Source: Azolla caroliniana (taxonomy: Eukaryota > Plantae > Polypodiophyta). From it: a stretch of DNA of 64,000 nt. The position numbers were made by a program, and so were the translations under genes. Below are positions 26,405 through 40,253 of the stretch, piece by piece. The stretch spans positions 2,790,001-2,854,000 of the forward strand of contig JBHGNT010000022.1 in the NCBI GenBank assembly GCA_043228905.1. The letters run 5' to 3'. Below the pieces are notes generated by a model, which had not been told where the DNA came from, ran no database searches, and saw only the letters and a program-made list of their open reading frames with translations. The number at the start of each line of letters is the position of its first letter. Within the stretch, counting starts at the first letter, position 1.

Positions 26405-29400
26405 ACACGGGCGCAACGAACTCAGTCGCACATATGATGAATGCGATGAACAAGGTGCTCCGGGATTGCATACCGGAGATAACGATGTTGTTCCTAGATG
26501 ACATTCCGATGAAAGGGTGTGCGGTGGAAGAAAAAGATGAAGCTATGGGTGAACGGGGATGCCGAAGGTTTGTAGTCAACCATATCCGTGATTGTGAGAA
26601 AGTGTTACGGAAGTTAGAAGATGTGCATCTAACACTTTCCGGAGAGAAATCAACATTCGGACAAGAAGAAATATTGGTAGTCGGACATCTATGTGGGCCC
26701 TACGGCCGAAGACCGTCACCAACCAAGATCGATGCGATTCAAGCTATGAAAGAAGTATGTGAGTCACAATCCGAAGTTCGAAGGTTTCTTGGAGCATGTG
26801 CATTCTACCACATATGGATTTTGCACTATGCACATATAGCGGACCAACTCTATCACTTGTTGTGGAAGGGTAAGAAGTTTGAATGGAAACCGGAGGATAC
26901 CAAAGCCGTGAAGAAGCTCAAGAAATCACTACGAAGGGCAGAAGAATTAAAGAAGCCGAACTATGACCAACCGATCATAGTAACGGTTGACACAAGTCCA
27001 ACCGCAATCAGATGGGTCATTAATCAAGCCGATCCGGAAGGTTCGCGATATCCGATCCGATTCGGAGCAAAGGTTCTCAACGAAAGGCAACGCGGATATG
27101 CACAAGTTAAAAGAGAATTATGGGGAGTCGTGTCGGCAATCAAATTGGATCGAGATTATTTCATCGGAGCCGAAGTAGTGATCGAAACGGATTGTCTTCC
27201 GATACTCGGGATGATGCGGTGTTACACGATACCGGATGTGGCTATGCTAAGATGGATTGCATATGTTAAGTCACTTAATCCGGAGGTAAGACACATCTCC
27301 GGAAAAGACAACGATGTAGCGGATATGCTATCAAAGGCGCGGTTCGGAGATGACATAACCGAATCTGATAATGAAGAAGTTTCCGAAGACTACTTTGCTT
27401 CGGAGCACATATGCCGGGTGGATGCAATCCAAGAATTCCGGGAAGAAGAATACGAGGGAGAAAGCTTGTTGATCGGGAAAATGCTACGAGAAATCGAGGA
27501 ATCATCGGACAATAAAGAGAAGAGAGCCGAGATCCGAAGTAAGAAACGGCAAGTCCGAAAGTTCTTCTTGAAAAATGGATTTTTATGGAGGGAGCCGAAA
27601 AGACCGGATGGCATACCACTTCGAGTAGTCGGGAAGAAAGAGCAACGAAACCAGATAATGTCCGAATTTCACGAATCCGATTGGGCTGGACATCGAGGAA
27701 CATGGGCAGCCTTTGTGAAAATCAAACAAAAATATTGGTGGAAGAACATGTACAAAGATATAGCGGAGTTCACGGAAAGCTGCGAGAAGTGTCAAATCTA
27801 CTCCGGAGTTCGACACCGAGATGAGTTACATCCGACATTCTCACCAACAATTAACTTCAAATGGATGGTCGATATTGTAGCCATGCCAACCGGGGTCGGA
27901 CAAAAGAAGTACTTGGTGTTAGCTCGGGAAGATCTCACAAACCAAGTAGATGTCATGAACAGTACTGAGATAGAGAAGGAATTAGTACTAAACGAAGGAT
28001 TAGTACTATGAGAGGTGTGGAACTTCTTCGAGAGAAGGAAGAAGTGAGCGAGACAGAGAGAAAGAGAGAGATTGAGAGAGAGAGAGAGAGAGTGATGATA
28101 AGAAAGATATGTATTATATGAAGAGAATATACAATGGTGGCTAAAAGGCTTAAGACTGGCGTTGAACCAATTTGGTTCAACATAATGCCTAGTGCCCTCT
28201 TTTATAGTGTTTTCAGGAGTAATCCTGAAGCTTCTAGAATGTTCCAGAGAAATCTGGAATATACACTAATTTCCTATAATAAAATGTAAATGAAAATAAT
28301 ATCCTACGTATTACAATAGATGATCTAATGGTCAAGAGCTCGACCCATATAACCTAAGGTCATGGGTTCGAGTCTTGCCATATCATGACACTATCCCCCC
28401 TTTAAAACGACGAGTGTCACGAGGCGTCTTGGATTGAGGACCTGGTTTGTGTGGATATTGATGATGGAAGTCTTCAAGAAGAGCACGAGCATTGGTCACA
28501 TTCTCGATTGGTTCCCAAGTACGTTCGCTGGGGCTATAGCCTAGCCAATCGACTAGATAGTAGAGCTTGTTGCGAACAATCTTGGAATCAAGGATGGCGG
28601 CAACCTCGTACTCCGGCCCATCTTCAAGCTCGATCGGGGGTGGAGGTTGGATAAGACGTCATGGGATGGTGCTCTCGTGGTAGGGTTCGAGGAGAGAACT
28701 ATGAAACACCGGATGTATCCGAAGTTGAGGGGGTAGATCGAGACGAAAAGCGGCATCATTAATTTGTCCAATAATACGGAAAGGACCTAATCGCCAATAA
28801 TCTAACTTCTCACATGGACGAGTAGTCTTGATGTGTCGTCGTAGCAGCCACACCCGATCTCCAATATTAAAACTTGATGGAAGTCGATGACGATCCACGT
28901 AGACCTTGTGTGTTTGTTGAGCTTGCTGGAGATGAGTAGATAAATCCGCTTGTATCTTGCGTAACTGCTCCAAACGATCCTCCGTGCACGGATTTGTGGA
29001 CACCTCTAGGGTTTCAAGTACACTCCACCGGGGGTGACATCCCGTATAAGCATAAAATGGCGTAACTTTAGTGGATGCGTGGATAGAGTTGTTATAGGCA
29101 AATTCGGCGGAGTGGAGAATATCTGCCCAATCATCTTGATGATAGCTGAGAAAGCACCGTAGATACTGCTCCAACGTTTGATTTGTTCGTTCAGCTTGGC
29201 CGTCGGTTTGTGGGTGGTAGCCGGAGGAGAGGTTACAAGTGACCTTGAGCATGTTAAAAAGGTGCTTCCAGAATTTTGACACGAACTGGGGTCCACGGTC
29301 ACTGATGATACTATTGGGAAGTCCATGATGCCGACATACTTCACGCATAACAGTTTCGGCAGTGTCTTCACTGGAGATCTCCTTAGTACATGGCAAGAAA

Positions 29401-32400
29401 TGAGCCATCTTCGTATATCGATCGACCACCGTTAGAATCGCATTGAACCCCTTAGAGACTGGAAGATCTGTGATGAAGTCTAGAGCAATGGATTGCCACG
29501 ACTTGCTTGGAATTGGTAATGGTTCTAATAAACCATATGGATGATGCCTTGGCATTTTTGCTCTGCAACATGTATCACAAGTCCGAACAAAATCCTCGAC
29601 AAATTGTCGCATACAGGGCCACCAGAATGTTCGTTGTACTAAATGTAATGTTTTAGTACTACCAAAATGCCCAGTTGTATATGTGTCATGACAGTTTTGT
29701 ACTACTCGAAGGCGGCAAGAACCATTAGGAACATACAAAAGTTCTTTAAAGAAGAGTAATCCATCATGGTATTTGAATTGCCGATAGTCCGTACCTGGTG
29801 GTTGCGACTGTGAACACGACGCTCAAGAGGGATCAATTTGTGCTAGTATAGCTTGGGCGAACGCATCTGTCTTCAAGTCTTCACGTATGGTATCGATAAT
29901 GCGGGAATCCATAGGCATGTCAAATATCTGTGTTGCTTGTAGTCGTGCCGGTCCCAAGATGACTTGTTATTGGTTATCGAAAGTTGGCTCGCCGGGACGG
30001 GGTGCTAGATACGAACGCCGTGATAATGCATCTGCCTTCCCTTGGTGCCTCCCCGGACGATATGTAATTTTGAAGTCGAAACGCGTGAGGAAGTGGGCCC
30101 ACCGAGCTTGACGTCGATTCAACACACGAGCATCCTGAAAGTAGGCATGATTCTTGTGGTCACTAAATACGGTGACTGGATGAGAGGATCCCTCCAGAAA
30201 ATGCCTCCATTGCATAAAAGAATCCACTATTGCCAATAGCTCCTTATCATGAATTTCGTAGTTGATTTCGACGGCGTCAAACTTGCGTGAGTGAAAAGCC
30301 ACAGGATGTAGCTTCTCATCATTCCCCTGTTGTGACAGAATGCTCCCCAATGCAAAATCCGGTGCGTCAGCTTCGATAATGAATGGTTTTTCCGGATACA
30401 TGAGCTAGAATTGGAGATGATGTAAATGCCTTTTTAAGACTCTCGAAAGCCATGTCCGTTTCTTCAGACCAGATGAACGGTTGTCCCTTCCTGGTAAGTT
30501 GTGTGAGAGGTAGAACGATCTTTGAGTAATCTTGTATGAACTTCCGGTAAAAATTGGCAAAGACTAAGAAGCATTGCACATCCCGCACCGAACGCGGAGT
30601 CTGCCATTCTACCACCGTTTTGACCTTAGCTTGGTCCATGGAGATGCCTTCTGACGAAATGATGTAGCCGAGAAATTCCACTTGGTTGCACCCGAAACTA
30701 CATTTTTCCAGCTTTGCATACAGACCATGTTCTCGAAGTCATTTTAGTACTAATAGTACATGAGAATCATGTTCTTCTTGGGTCTTTGAATAAACCAGTA
30801 GATCATCCAAATAGATGATCAAACAATCATCCAATAGATCTCGGAATATATCATTAGCCATGTGTTGGAAGACTGCCGGCGCATTAGTGAGGCCGAACGG
30901 CATGACCGTATACTCGAAGTGCCCATATCTGGTGCGAAACGCGGTCTTCCATTCGTCTCCTGGTCGGATCCGTACGAGGCTATATGCTCCCCGTAAGTCG
31001 ATCTTCGTGAAGAACCTGGCACCATTGATCCGTTCTAAAAGACTTGAGATAAGGGGAAGAGCATACCTATTCCTGATTGTAACCTTATTCAAGCCACAGT
31101 AATCTACAACGAGACGAAGCGATCCATCTTTTTTTTTGACGAAAAAAATGGGCGCGCCGGCTGGAGATTTTGAATGCCGAATGAAACCATTTTCCAAATT
31201 CTCCTCTATATAGGCCCGAAGGACTTCCAGCTCAGTTGGTGACAAATTGTAGATCGGTTCCCATGGCGGCTCTTTTCCCGGTTGTAAATCGATGGGGCAA
31301 TCGTATGGTCGATGATGAGGAAGTGTGTTGGCTTGTACATTATCGAACACATCGGCGTAATGACGATACTTCTTGGGAAGTTGAACGGTGGATTCTTCTT
31401 TAGTGGTGTTGGAGGGGTTTACTGATATTGCAAAGAGGAACATTTCCTCCTTGCGCCCTTCTTTACACAACTGACGTAGCGAAATGGTTGCCATCTTCTG
31501 AGTTGACCCTTGGGTTTGTCGACACCGGATTTCTCTTGTTCTCCAATCTATGTCTGGGTTATGTAACTCGAACCACGGTAATCCTAAAACTATAGGATGT
31601 TCTGGGATACTAATAATATTAAATGATACTACACATGCTAAGTTATCTAGGACAATATTAATGGGCTTTGATTCTTCTATGATATTTCCGGAAGCAATGG
31701 GACGTCCATCAATGACTACTACAGAGGCTGGACATTGGAGTTTTCTTAGGGATATCTTATGAGCTTGAGCAAATTTCTTATCCATAAAGCAAGAGTTAGC
31801 TCTGGAATCTAGGAGTGCTAGGACATGTACTGGAGGGGTACTTTTAGTACTAACTATTACTTGGGCTACGAACACATCACTAACTTGCTTAGAGGGAATG
31901 GAACCACTAATGGGCTGCACAGATCTAGGGCTGTCCAACCAAACGGCTCCTATTTTGGCTGGACTTAGTCGTTTAACTCTTCTTCTAACTGACTAAGGAC
32001 ATCAAATTTGTTTGCTAGATCTGGGATATTAGTACTATTAGTACTATTAGGACTATCAGATATCCCTACTGAAATAGGCTCGGATTTAGTACAATTAGAA
32101 CTAGTGACTATTTGGTTTACTTGTCTTCTTGGCCTATGGGGGCAATTTATTGCGATATGTCTTGGTCCACCGCAGTAAAGACATAGCCGATTTGTACGGC
32201 GTCGCTACTTTTCTTCTTCGGATAATGGCCCTCGATGACGTGTAGTGTCAATCTCCATCGGAGTCGGAGTATTCGCTGGAGGCGCATTATATAACTCCCT
32301 CGGAAAAGGTCTTGCTACCACTGAGGCGTAGGTGGGCTCTGATCTTGCCCTCGGCATCTGTAGCTATCGTTCCGAACGTCACTCAAAGAGGCGGTTGTCA

Positions 32401-35400
32401 CATCTCACCGCGCGACTGATTGCCTCTGTTAAGGACTTTGGCTCTTCGGGGAAGGTGAATAGTAAATCCTTGACGTCGTTGCGTAAACCATAACGGAATT
32501 GCTCCATCAACGCTTGATCATCCCAAGGGATATCAGTGGCGAGTAGGCGAAAATCTGCAGCTTATGCGGAGGCTGGACGGTCACCTTGGCGTAATCGCCG
32601 GATTTTGTTGATTGCGGTCCTGATGCTGTCAGTATCTCCGAAACATGTTTTAAACTCACCTAGAAACTCTTCAAAATTGTTGAGTAACGTAGATTCCTTT
32701 TCTAATAGTGGAGCGAACCATGACAACGCTGAGCCACTTAACAAAGTGCCTACTAAACCCACTCGTGATGCATCGGTGGGATATCGGGAAGGATGCATTT
32801 GAATAACTAATCGTACCTGGTTAAGGAACCCTCTAAACGCGATCGCGTTCCATCGAACTTCGTGGGAAGGCCAATCTTGGGTTCTTTATGAATCCCTTGT
32901 GTTCCGGGCCCTTATTGTTGCATCGAGTTGTTGCACACATAACGCAAGTTCCCCATGTTGTTGTTGCGTTTGCTGCTTTTCTAAGGAGATTTGCTGAAGA
33001 TCCCCCAGCAACCGTTGGTTTTCTTGTTCCAAAGCATGGAACTTCTCCTTCAAGCATTGAAATTCCGAGAAAACAGATTGATATTCTTCAGCGCTAACAG
33101 TGGCCATGGGATGAAAGAAAAGAGGAATAAAAGATTAGTAGGAAATGAGAGAGACAGAAGGTAGGGAAATTGGTTCAAACTGTCATGAACAGTACTGAGA
33201 CAGAGAAGGAATTAGTACTAAACGAATGATTAATACTATGAGAGGCGTGGAACTTCTTCGAGAGAAGGAAGAAGTGAGCGAGACAGAGAGAAAGAGAGAG
33301 ATTGAGAGATTGAGAGAGAGTGTGATGATAAGAAAGATATGTATTATATGAAGAGAATATACAATGGTGGCTAAAAGGCTTAAGACTGGCGTTGAACCAA
33401 TTTGGTTCAACATAATGCCTAGTGCCCTCTTTTATAGTGTTTTCAGGAGTAATCCTGAAGCTTCTAGAATGTTCCAGAGAAATCTGGAATATACACTAAT
33501 TTCCTATAATAAAATGTAAATGAAAATAATATCCTACGTATTACAATAGATGATCTAATGGTCAAGAGCCATATCATGATAGTAGAAGGTCGAGCGCTAC
33601 GGAGGAAAACGTGTTCTACGGTATGCCAATTCCTTTTGGAAGAAGTGTTTTGCAGGTACGGGTGCGTAGGACAAGTGATTGCGGATCGGGGATAACTCGA
33701 CTTAGATAAAGCTAGGGGATTCTTCGCCAAACATGGAGTTCGGTTAACACTAACAACGACATACAATCCAGAAGCCAATGGGAAGATCGAATGAGGACAT
33801 AGTCTGATTGTCAAAGCACTTGCGAAGGCATGCGATGGAAGGGTGAAGGATTGGCCGCAGATGCTTCCGTATGCACTATGGGCGGATTGGACGACACATA
33901 GTTCTGTAACCGGTTACATGCTGGCAGAACTTATGACCGGACAAGCACCGGTAATGCTGACGGAAATCGCAGTTGCGACATGGACAATGCTACCATGGAA
34001 GGAAGAGATGAGTCGGGAAGAACTACTAGCGGTCCGGATACGACAACTGGAGGGAAGACCGGAAGACATAGCGGAAGCAATACGCCAACAACAAGAAGCG
34101 CGATTCTGGAATAAAAGCCGGTTCGACACAAAGCACTGACTACGACCGCGGAAGATTGAAGAAGGAGATTGGGTGATTGTCTACGACAGTAGTTTGGATC
34201 ATCAACATACAACGATGCGGAAGTTCGCGAAAAGGTGGTTCGGGCCATATGAGGTTCGGAAAGTTTTCGACAACGGAACTTACCGACTATGCGAGTTGGA
34301 TGGAACACTGGTATGAGTGCCTATAGCCGGGAAACGGGTGAAGATGTTCAAGAAGCGGATTGATGAAGAACCCTATGTGATCCTAGACAAGACTGACAAG
34401 AAGGAGCAATTGGACGAAGATCGCGGTGATGCGGAAAGTGAAGAAAGTGGATTAGAACTCATAGTCGACTTAAGGGGAGAATCGGAGGAAGCTTTAGATG
34501 AAGGTGAATAGCAAGCATCGGGGACTTCGGCACATACCGGAGGATGTGCGGGTTAGGAGGGGGCGAGTGTCGTAGTGTAATTCACACACTACGTGAAAAA
34601 TGACATATTTTGTCTCTCTGGATAGGGCATGGAGTACCCGGTGAGAACCGGAAGAAGGAACCGGTAAGGACCGAAACCGGTAAGAAGACTCGGCAAGAGC
34701 CGGATGAAGAAGGCCGGTGAGAGTTGGTGAGAAACGAACGAAGAGATCGGTAAGGAGGTCCCGGCAAGAACCAGACAAAGAAAACTAGCAAGCACCGGAT
34801 GAAGCAGAACCGGAAAGAGCCGGATGAAGAAGGCCGGTGAGAGTCTCTCACCGGATGAAGAGACATATTTGTAAATAGAAGAAAGTATAAAAATATATAT
34901 TACATGCATAGGGCAAGATTCGAACCTTGCACCTCCATGTTAATAATGTTTAGCCTTATCGTTATACTAGCGTATTATGAATTTTAAAGTTATACCAAAC
35001 TTTATCCCATGTAAAATTTCTAGACATGCATGGTACAAAAAGTTATTCATGCATAGACACTCGAGTAAAAAGAAAAGATGAGATAGAAAGCTAATCATGC
35101 ACATGCGGTGTGCATGAAAACTAAAAATAGAAAAAGCATGATGCTTACATGTAATAAACTTAGACTCTTCCAACACTATATAAGGAAGAGAGAAAGATGT
35201 ATAGAGGTTGTTGATTATTTTACAAGGGTTGATTAATATAATATAATCATGGGATTCACGAATTTGCTAACTATTTTTCTCTCTTAATTTGATTACTCAC
35301 TAATACACTATACTTGTGGGATTCACGAGTTTTTCATATCTTTCTTTCTTACAATATATTTCATATTCTTAATTGCCTTAGAATTTTCTTTCCTCCTAGT

Positions 35401-35460
35401 CCAAAACCCCATCGGTTCCCACCCGACTCACGCAACGATCCGGAGCCGTAAGGCACGACA
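26405..35460 (+). mobile_element. 5'-truncated Ty3/gypsy element B: RT-RNaseH-INT (26405-27950, 33587-34510), PPT about 34555-34567, 3' LTR 34568-35460
   Basis: Motifs GATNSVAH, LFLDD, TVDTS, integrase HHCC and LAREDLTNQV|EGR, interrupted by element C. Homologous to pol of element F. Stops in the 3' half. Confidence 0.88.
27951..33581 (-). mobile_element. Full-length but degenerate Tcn1-like chromovirus C: LTRs 27951-28390 and 33181-33581, TSD GTAGA, gag-PR-RT-RH-INT-chromodomain
   Basis: GTAGA at 27946-27950 and 33582-33586. PPT at 28391-28404. Protease ALLDSRANSCF, RT YLDD, RNaseH IIEADA, INT SDRGPQF..GQAER, GPF motif, and chromodomain YEVAAILDSKIVRNKLYYLVDWLGYSPSERTWEP. No tRNA-type PBS. 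Confidence 0.93.
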
Positions 35461-36682
35461 ACGCGATAGAAAGAGGCGTGATATTCTTCAAAGATGGTAA
35501 GATTCATTCTTCTGAAACTCGATTACCTCTCTGAACTAACTTTAGAAGAGGTGGTATGAGAAGGATCATCAAAGACGCAGAAATAACTAGGACACAAGTT
35601 GTCTATCAACCAACAACTACAGTCATCCATGTTGGTGAAGGAGGATCTGAATCTGAATTTTGGCCGTGTATTTTGAAAGCTGCAAGAAAGGGTAAATTCG
35701 AGTTTGAAAAGTTGAAGTCTAGAGGTGATGTTGTCCGAAGCAAAACTGGTTGGGAAGACCCAGTGGATGGCCTCTCAGCTTTCGCGAAGGTTGCAACAAC
35801 CCAAGCCCATGAAGTGATCATGGACGAGAAACGGAAATGGGTAGAAAATGAAGATAACAAGAAGAGGGAGCTAAGAAGCGCTAAAAAAAGGGAGACAGAA
35901 TGTTTGGAAATGGTAAGCCCTGACATTGTAAAAGGTAAGGATAAGAAGAGTCCCTCGTTCAAATTATTATATGATATTGAAGCTTCAATTGATTTAAAAA
36001 AAGTATTGGAAGAAAGAATTTTAGATAGCAAAGTGGAACTTTCCTTGAGGGAACTTTTGGGCATAGCTAAAAAAGAAGTTCATGATGCAATAATAGATGG
36101 AATTAAAAGAAAACCCAGGAAGTGAAGTAAAGAAAGCAATGGTGGAAGTCCTCAAAGGTGAACCAAGCTCTTCCGTTGTTGGTACACAAGCTATTGCGAC
36201 GACAACGTTTGAAGAGAAGCTGAACAAACTAAAAAGTTACTATGCTAAGAAACATTGGGCAAGAGCAACAACTGAGACACCCGTGAAGATTGAAAACCTT
36301 GAAGATCCGGTCGTGGCCTTAATTGACCATGGCTCAAAAATTAATCTAATTTCTTATGATATTTATAGGAAAGGCGGATGGCCAATGGAAACGAATCATG
36401 GGTGGAGGGTAAAATCGGCTAATTCAACGACTGAGCAACTTCATGGAGCTTGCCCAAACATCAAAGTCACCATTGGAGATGTGCCAATGGAACAACATTT
36501 CTTTATCCAAAAGACCTCGTCATACCCAGTGATTCTTGGTCAACCATACATCACATCTTCTAGGATGGAGACGAAGGTTCTTGAAGATGGTTCGGCATAT
36601 GCTAGGATTCAAAGTACCGATGGTAAACGAAATGTTCAATTTCTAACTGTTAGGCAGGACCATGATAGAAATAAAGAAGAAT

Positions 36683-37045
36683 TGTTGGGATTACGGTCCC
36701 TCCGGATGGGATGGTCAGATGTCCGGGAATCGGGAATGAAGACCCGAACGAGGAGTACCCGGTATCGGAGCCGGATGATGAAGACCCGGTTCCGGATCCG
36801 GATGATGAAGACCCCGGCTACGGAGCTGGATGATGAAGACCCCGGCTACGGAGCCGGATGATGGATGTACCCGGAGAGAGATCCGGATGCGGGGACATAT
36901 CTGTGAATATGTTTGCCAAGGGCCCTCGAGGCTATACTTGTAAATAGCCCGAAAGTCATATGTGTATAAATATGACTTAGGGCAAACAGTTTAGTGGTTG
37001 TTACTCATTTTTCTGGTTTTCCACTTAGAGGGAGCTAAGTGAGCA

Positions 37046-37095
<50 letters not shown>

Positions 37096-37358
37096 GAAGA
37101 GGTCGTTGCCTCTGTGTATTACCGCCGCCTGTGGCGAAGGCAGTGAGCTCAAGGTTGTTGCCTTGTAGCTTCACCATTGTACATCTCTGTTTATAGTGAT
37201 AGTTGGAGTTTGAGGACTCCCGTGGTTTTTCCCATTTAGGGTTTTCCACGTAAAACATCCTGTGTACTCTTCTCTCTATTGTCTTCGTGCATTTTGTATT
37301 TCCTGTTTTCTGTGAGTTGATCCTATTCCTCGGTGGTGACCGAGCACTGTGTTCAACA
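36683..37358. mobile_element. Solo LTR (676 bp), TSD AGAAT, inserted at the end of the D protease
   Basis: TGTTG...CAACA termini. AGAAT at 36678-36682 and 37359-37363. Internal ccggatgatgaagaccc repeats and an (AG)n tract. Confidence 0.9.
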
Positions 37359-40253
37359 AGAATTACGAATTAACTCATGTGAGCATGAGATGTCATCTTA
37401 TGAGTCAGATTTTTAAATAGGATCATTGATGGGCAGGGATACAATGGTCCCAAAGCTTTTCTTTCCTTGCAAAAATGTTTTCCAATTAATAAAACAATCA
37501 ATACTTTCTCTAATGCAATGGATAGATTTACCTGTTACTTTGGTGTGGAAAGTCATGCACAAAATAAAGGGAGCAGGAAGATGTTGGATGCATTGTGCAC
37601 TTCAGGAATGATTGAAAGGGATGTCATAATTTCTGGTATGTTTCTTGAATATTCAGATGTGGATACAGTCAAAATATTAGAAAATTGCTTGAATGAGAAA
37701 GAATGCGACAAGAGATTTGTTCATGTAAATTCTGTTGATATATACCTTCATATTGCTGATTTTATTGAAAAAAATGGTTGTATAGCTAATAGTGAAATAG
37801 TTGGCAATAACTATCATGAAATGGCTAAAAAAGCAAGTAAAAATAACTATGCAATAAAAGTTAATACTAAATATAAAACAATAGACAAAAAGGTCAAGCC
37901 CGTGGCCATGCATCTACCTATGGATAGTACTGAAATGAAAAAGAATGTCGTGTTTGAGCCAACATTGCAGGATTCTACGGATATTGATCATAAATTTACA
38001 AATGCTACTCTAGATCAACTAAAAATTGGTGAGAATGATTTTCTTTTGCCTGTTGAGATACAATGTTTTCGAAATATGATTGCTAGTCATGGGAAAGCAT
38101 TTGCATTGGAGTCGAGTGAAATTGGTTGTGTAGACCCAACAATTGTGGAGCTAATGATTATATTTACAGTTTCGCATATTCCTTGGAATTTAAGGCCTAT
38201 CCTTGTTCCTTGGGCCCAAACACCACAAGTAATAGCTTTGCTTAAGGAAAAAATAGAAATGGGTATCTTGGAGCCATTAGATGCCCCCTACTCGAATAAG
38301 TGGTTTACTATACCTAAAAAGAACGATTCATTAAGGTTCATTTAGGATTTACAGCCTGTCCATAGAGTTACTATTTGAAACGTCGGTGTTGGACCGATTG
38401 TACATGCCTTTGTAGAAGCTTTCGCAGGAAGAGCTATATATTCTACGTGTGATTTATATTCAGGATATGATCAATTTCAGCTTACTATTGATAGTCGTGA
38501 TATAACTACTATAAGAACATGTTAGAGTTATGATCTAAAGTAAGCATATGATAAGGATAAAAGATAGATAGATAGAAAGGAGAGAGAGAAAGAAGGGTGC
38601 TGATCCACCCGACTACCCCTGAGAGAAGGGATGGAGACGGACTCGAGCCTCGATCGGCGTCCCATACCACCGCCGTGGCGTCGAGTCGTACCTGGTGCTG
38701 GTGTGCTCGCTACAAGAGTTGACCCACCACGAAATAGAGTCTCGACGTAGTCAAGATATGATGAAATGAGGGTAACTAAGCCTCATATTTATAGCGATAC
38801 CCAAGGCTCCCAGGCAAGTTCACACTTGGCCTAATGGGTTGTCTCAATCCCGAGGATTAAAAGTAATCCTCCCCTTCTTTACACTCTCGTTTAACCCTCA
38901 CACTTATCCACGTGTATAGAATACTATGGTGAATTCTCACCACGGGATATTATATGGTCATGCCCGTAACATACTCCCCCCCTCTTTAAAACATTGCACT
39001 CTTGCAATGGAAAGTTAGGGAAATTAGTTCTAAGAGTACTTTAACGTTCCCATGTGGCATCTTTGATAGATTTATCCATCCATTTAATTTTAAATTCTCG
39101 GATTATTTTAGTACGTAGATTTTTTGTTTTAACATCGAGAATTCTTTTTGGTACATGTGGGTTAGAAGATAATTCTTCAGAAGTAACCAGAGTTTCAGTT
39201 GTTACTGTATTGTCACTAGAACCTAGAAGTTCTTTTAGACGACTTACATGAAAAACTGGATGAATTTCAACGCCATCAGGAAGAGCGAGATGAAAGGCTG
39301 ATGAACCAATGCGTTTGAGAACTTGAAAAGGTTCACAAAACCGTGGGGCTAACTTAGCGCACTTACCTGTAGACAATGTCTTAGAATTGTGAGGTACACA
39401 TAAAAATACCTTCTATCCAAGGCTGAATACATGAGGTAGCCTATTATGATCGGCGTTAAAACGCTGTCGGGGTTGCTACGCCCTTGCGTGTAGAAAGGAG
39501 GAGGGACCACGGGGGTCTTGAACCGAAGAACAAGAGAGAGAGAGATAAGAGAGAGAGACCCCGATTACACAGAACCGAAGTTCCGATTGCGCAGAACCGA
39601 CGATTACACAGGGACACGGCCCAACAAACAGAGAACACAAATAAACGCCGACGCAGATGGACGCAACAACGAAAGATATGTACTTATGAATGCAAGAAAA
39701 TAACAGACTAAAGTACTACAACCCTCAGTGGGGCACGAAATAGATACTAACGAAAACGAACAGGGCGGCGAACAGATGCCGACCCCTGTATGTCGCGACG
39801 CACAGAAAGGGGAAACAGGTCGGAGGTGCTGCAGGACGCACTCGGGCGTTCCACGGAACAGCGCAAGCCTCCTCGAAACCTGCACAGGTACGCGATGGAG
39901 CAGAAGACAGAGAGAGCGGGAGAGAGAGAGAAGCTCCGAAATCGGTTCGGCAGCACTTCGTCCTCTCCGCGGGAGATGTCCGACTTCTATTCTTCCTCTT
40001 CCTTTTATAGCCCGTCAAGAGGCCGTTTGGCATTAACTGCATACCAACCGAATCTGCCCACCTAGGATCCTCGTATGTACCTACTTCGTCCTTAGGTACT
40101 TCTTGGCGCGCGTGTGTGTGTAGAGCCGTTTCCCACGCCTTGTTCCTCCGATTCCTCTTGTGGGCGGTTTTCTTCACGACATCCGCCCCCACCTAACCGC
40201 GCATCCGCCGGCATGCGCCAAATTGAGTTGGCACGGAGAAAACCGGCCCGCCT

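Noticed and set aside
25924-28011. 695-aa ORF that looks like an RT with a novel hydrophobic N-terminus
   Set aside because: It is a chance read-through: the first ~160 aa are the antisense of element L, the middle is the pol of B, and the last ~20 aa come from the LTR of C.
36683-36861. Repetitive C-terminal extension of the 254-aa ORF 36097-36861
   Set aside because: Read-through from the D protease into an inserted solo LTR.
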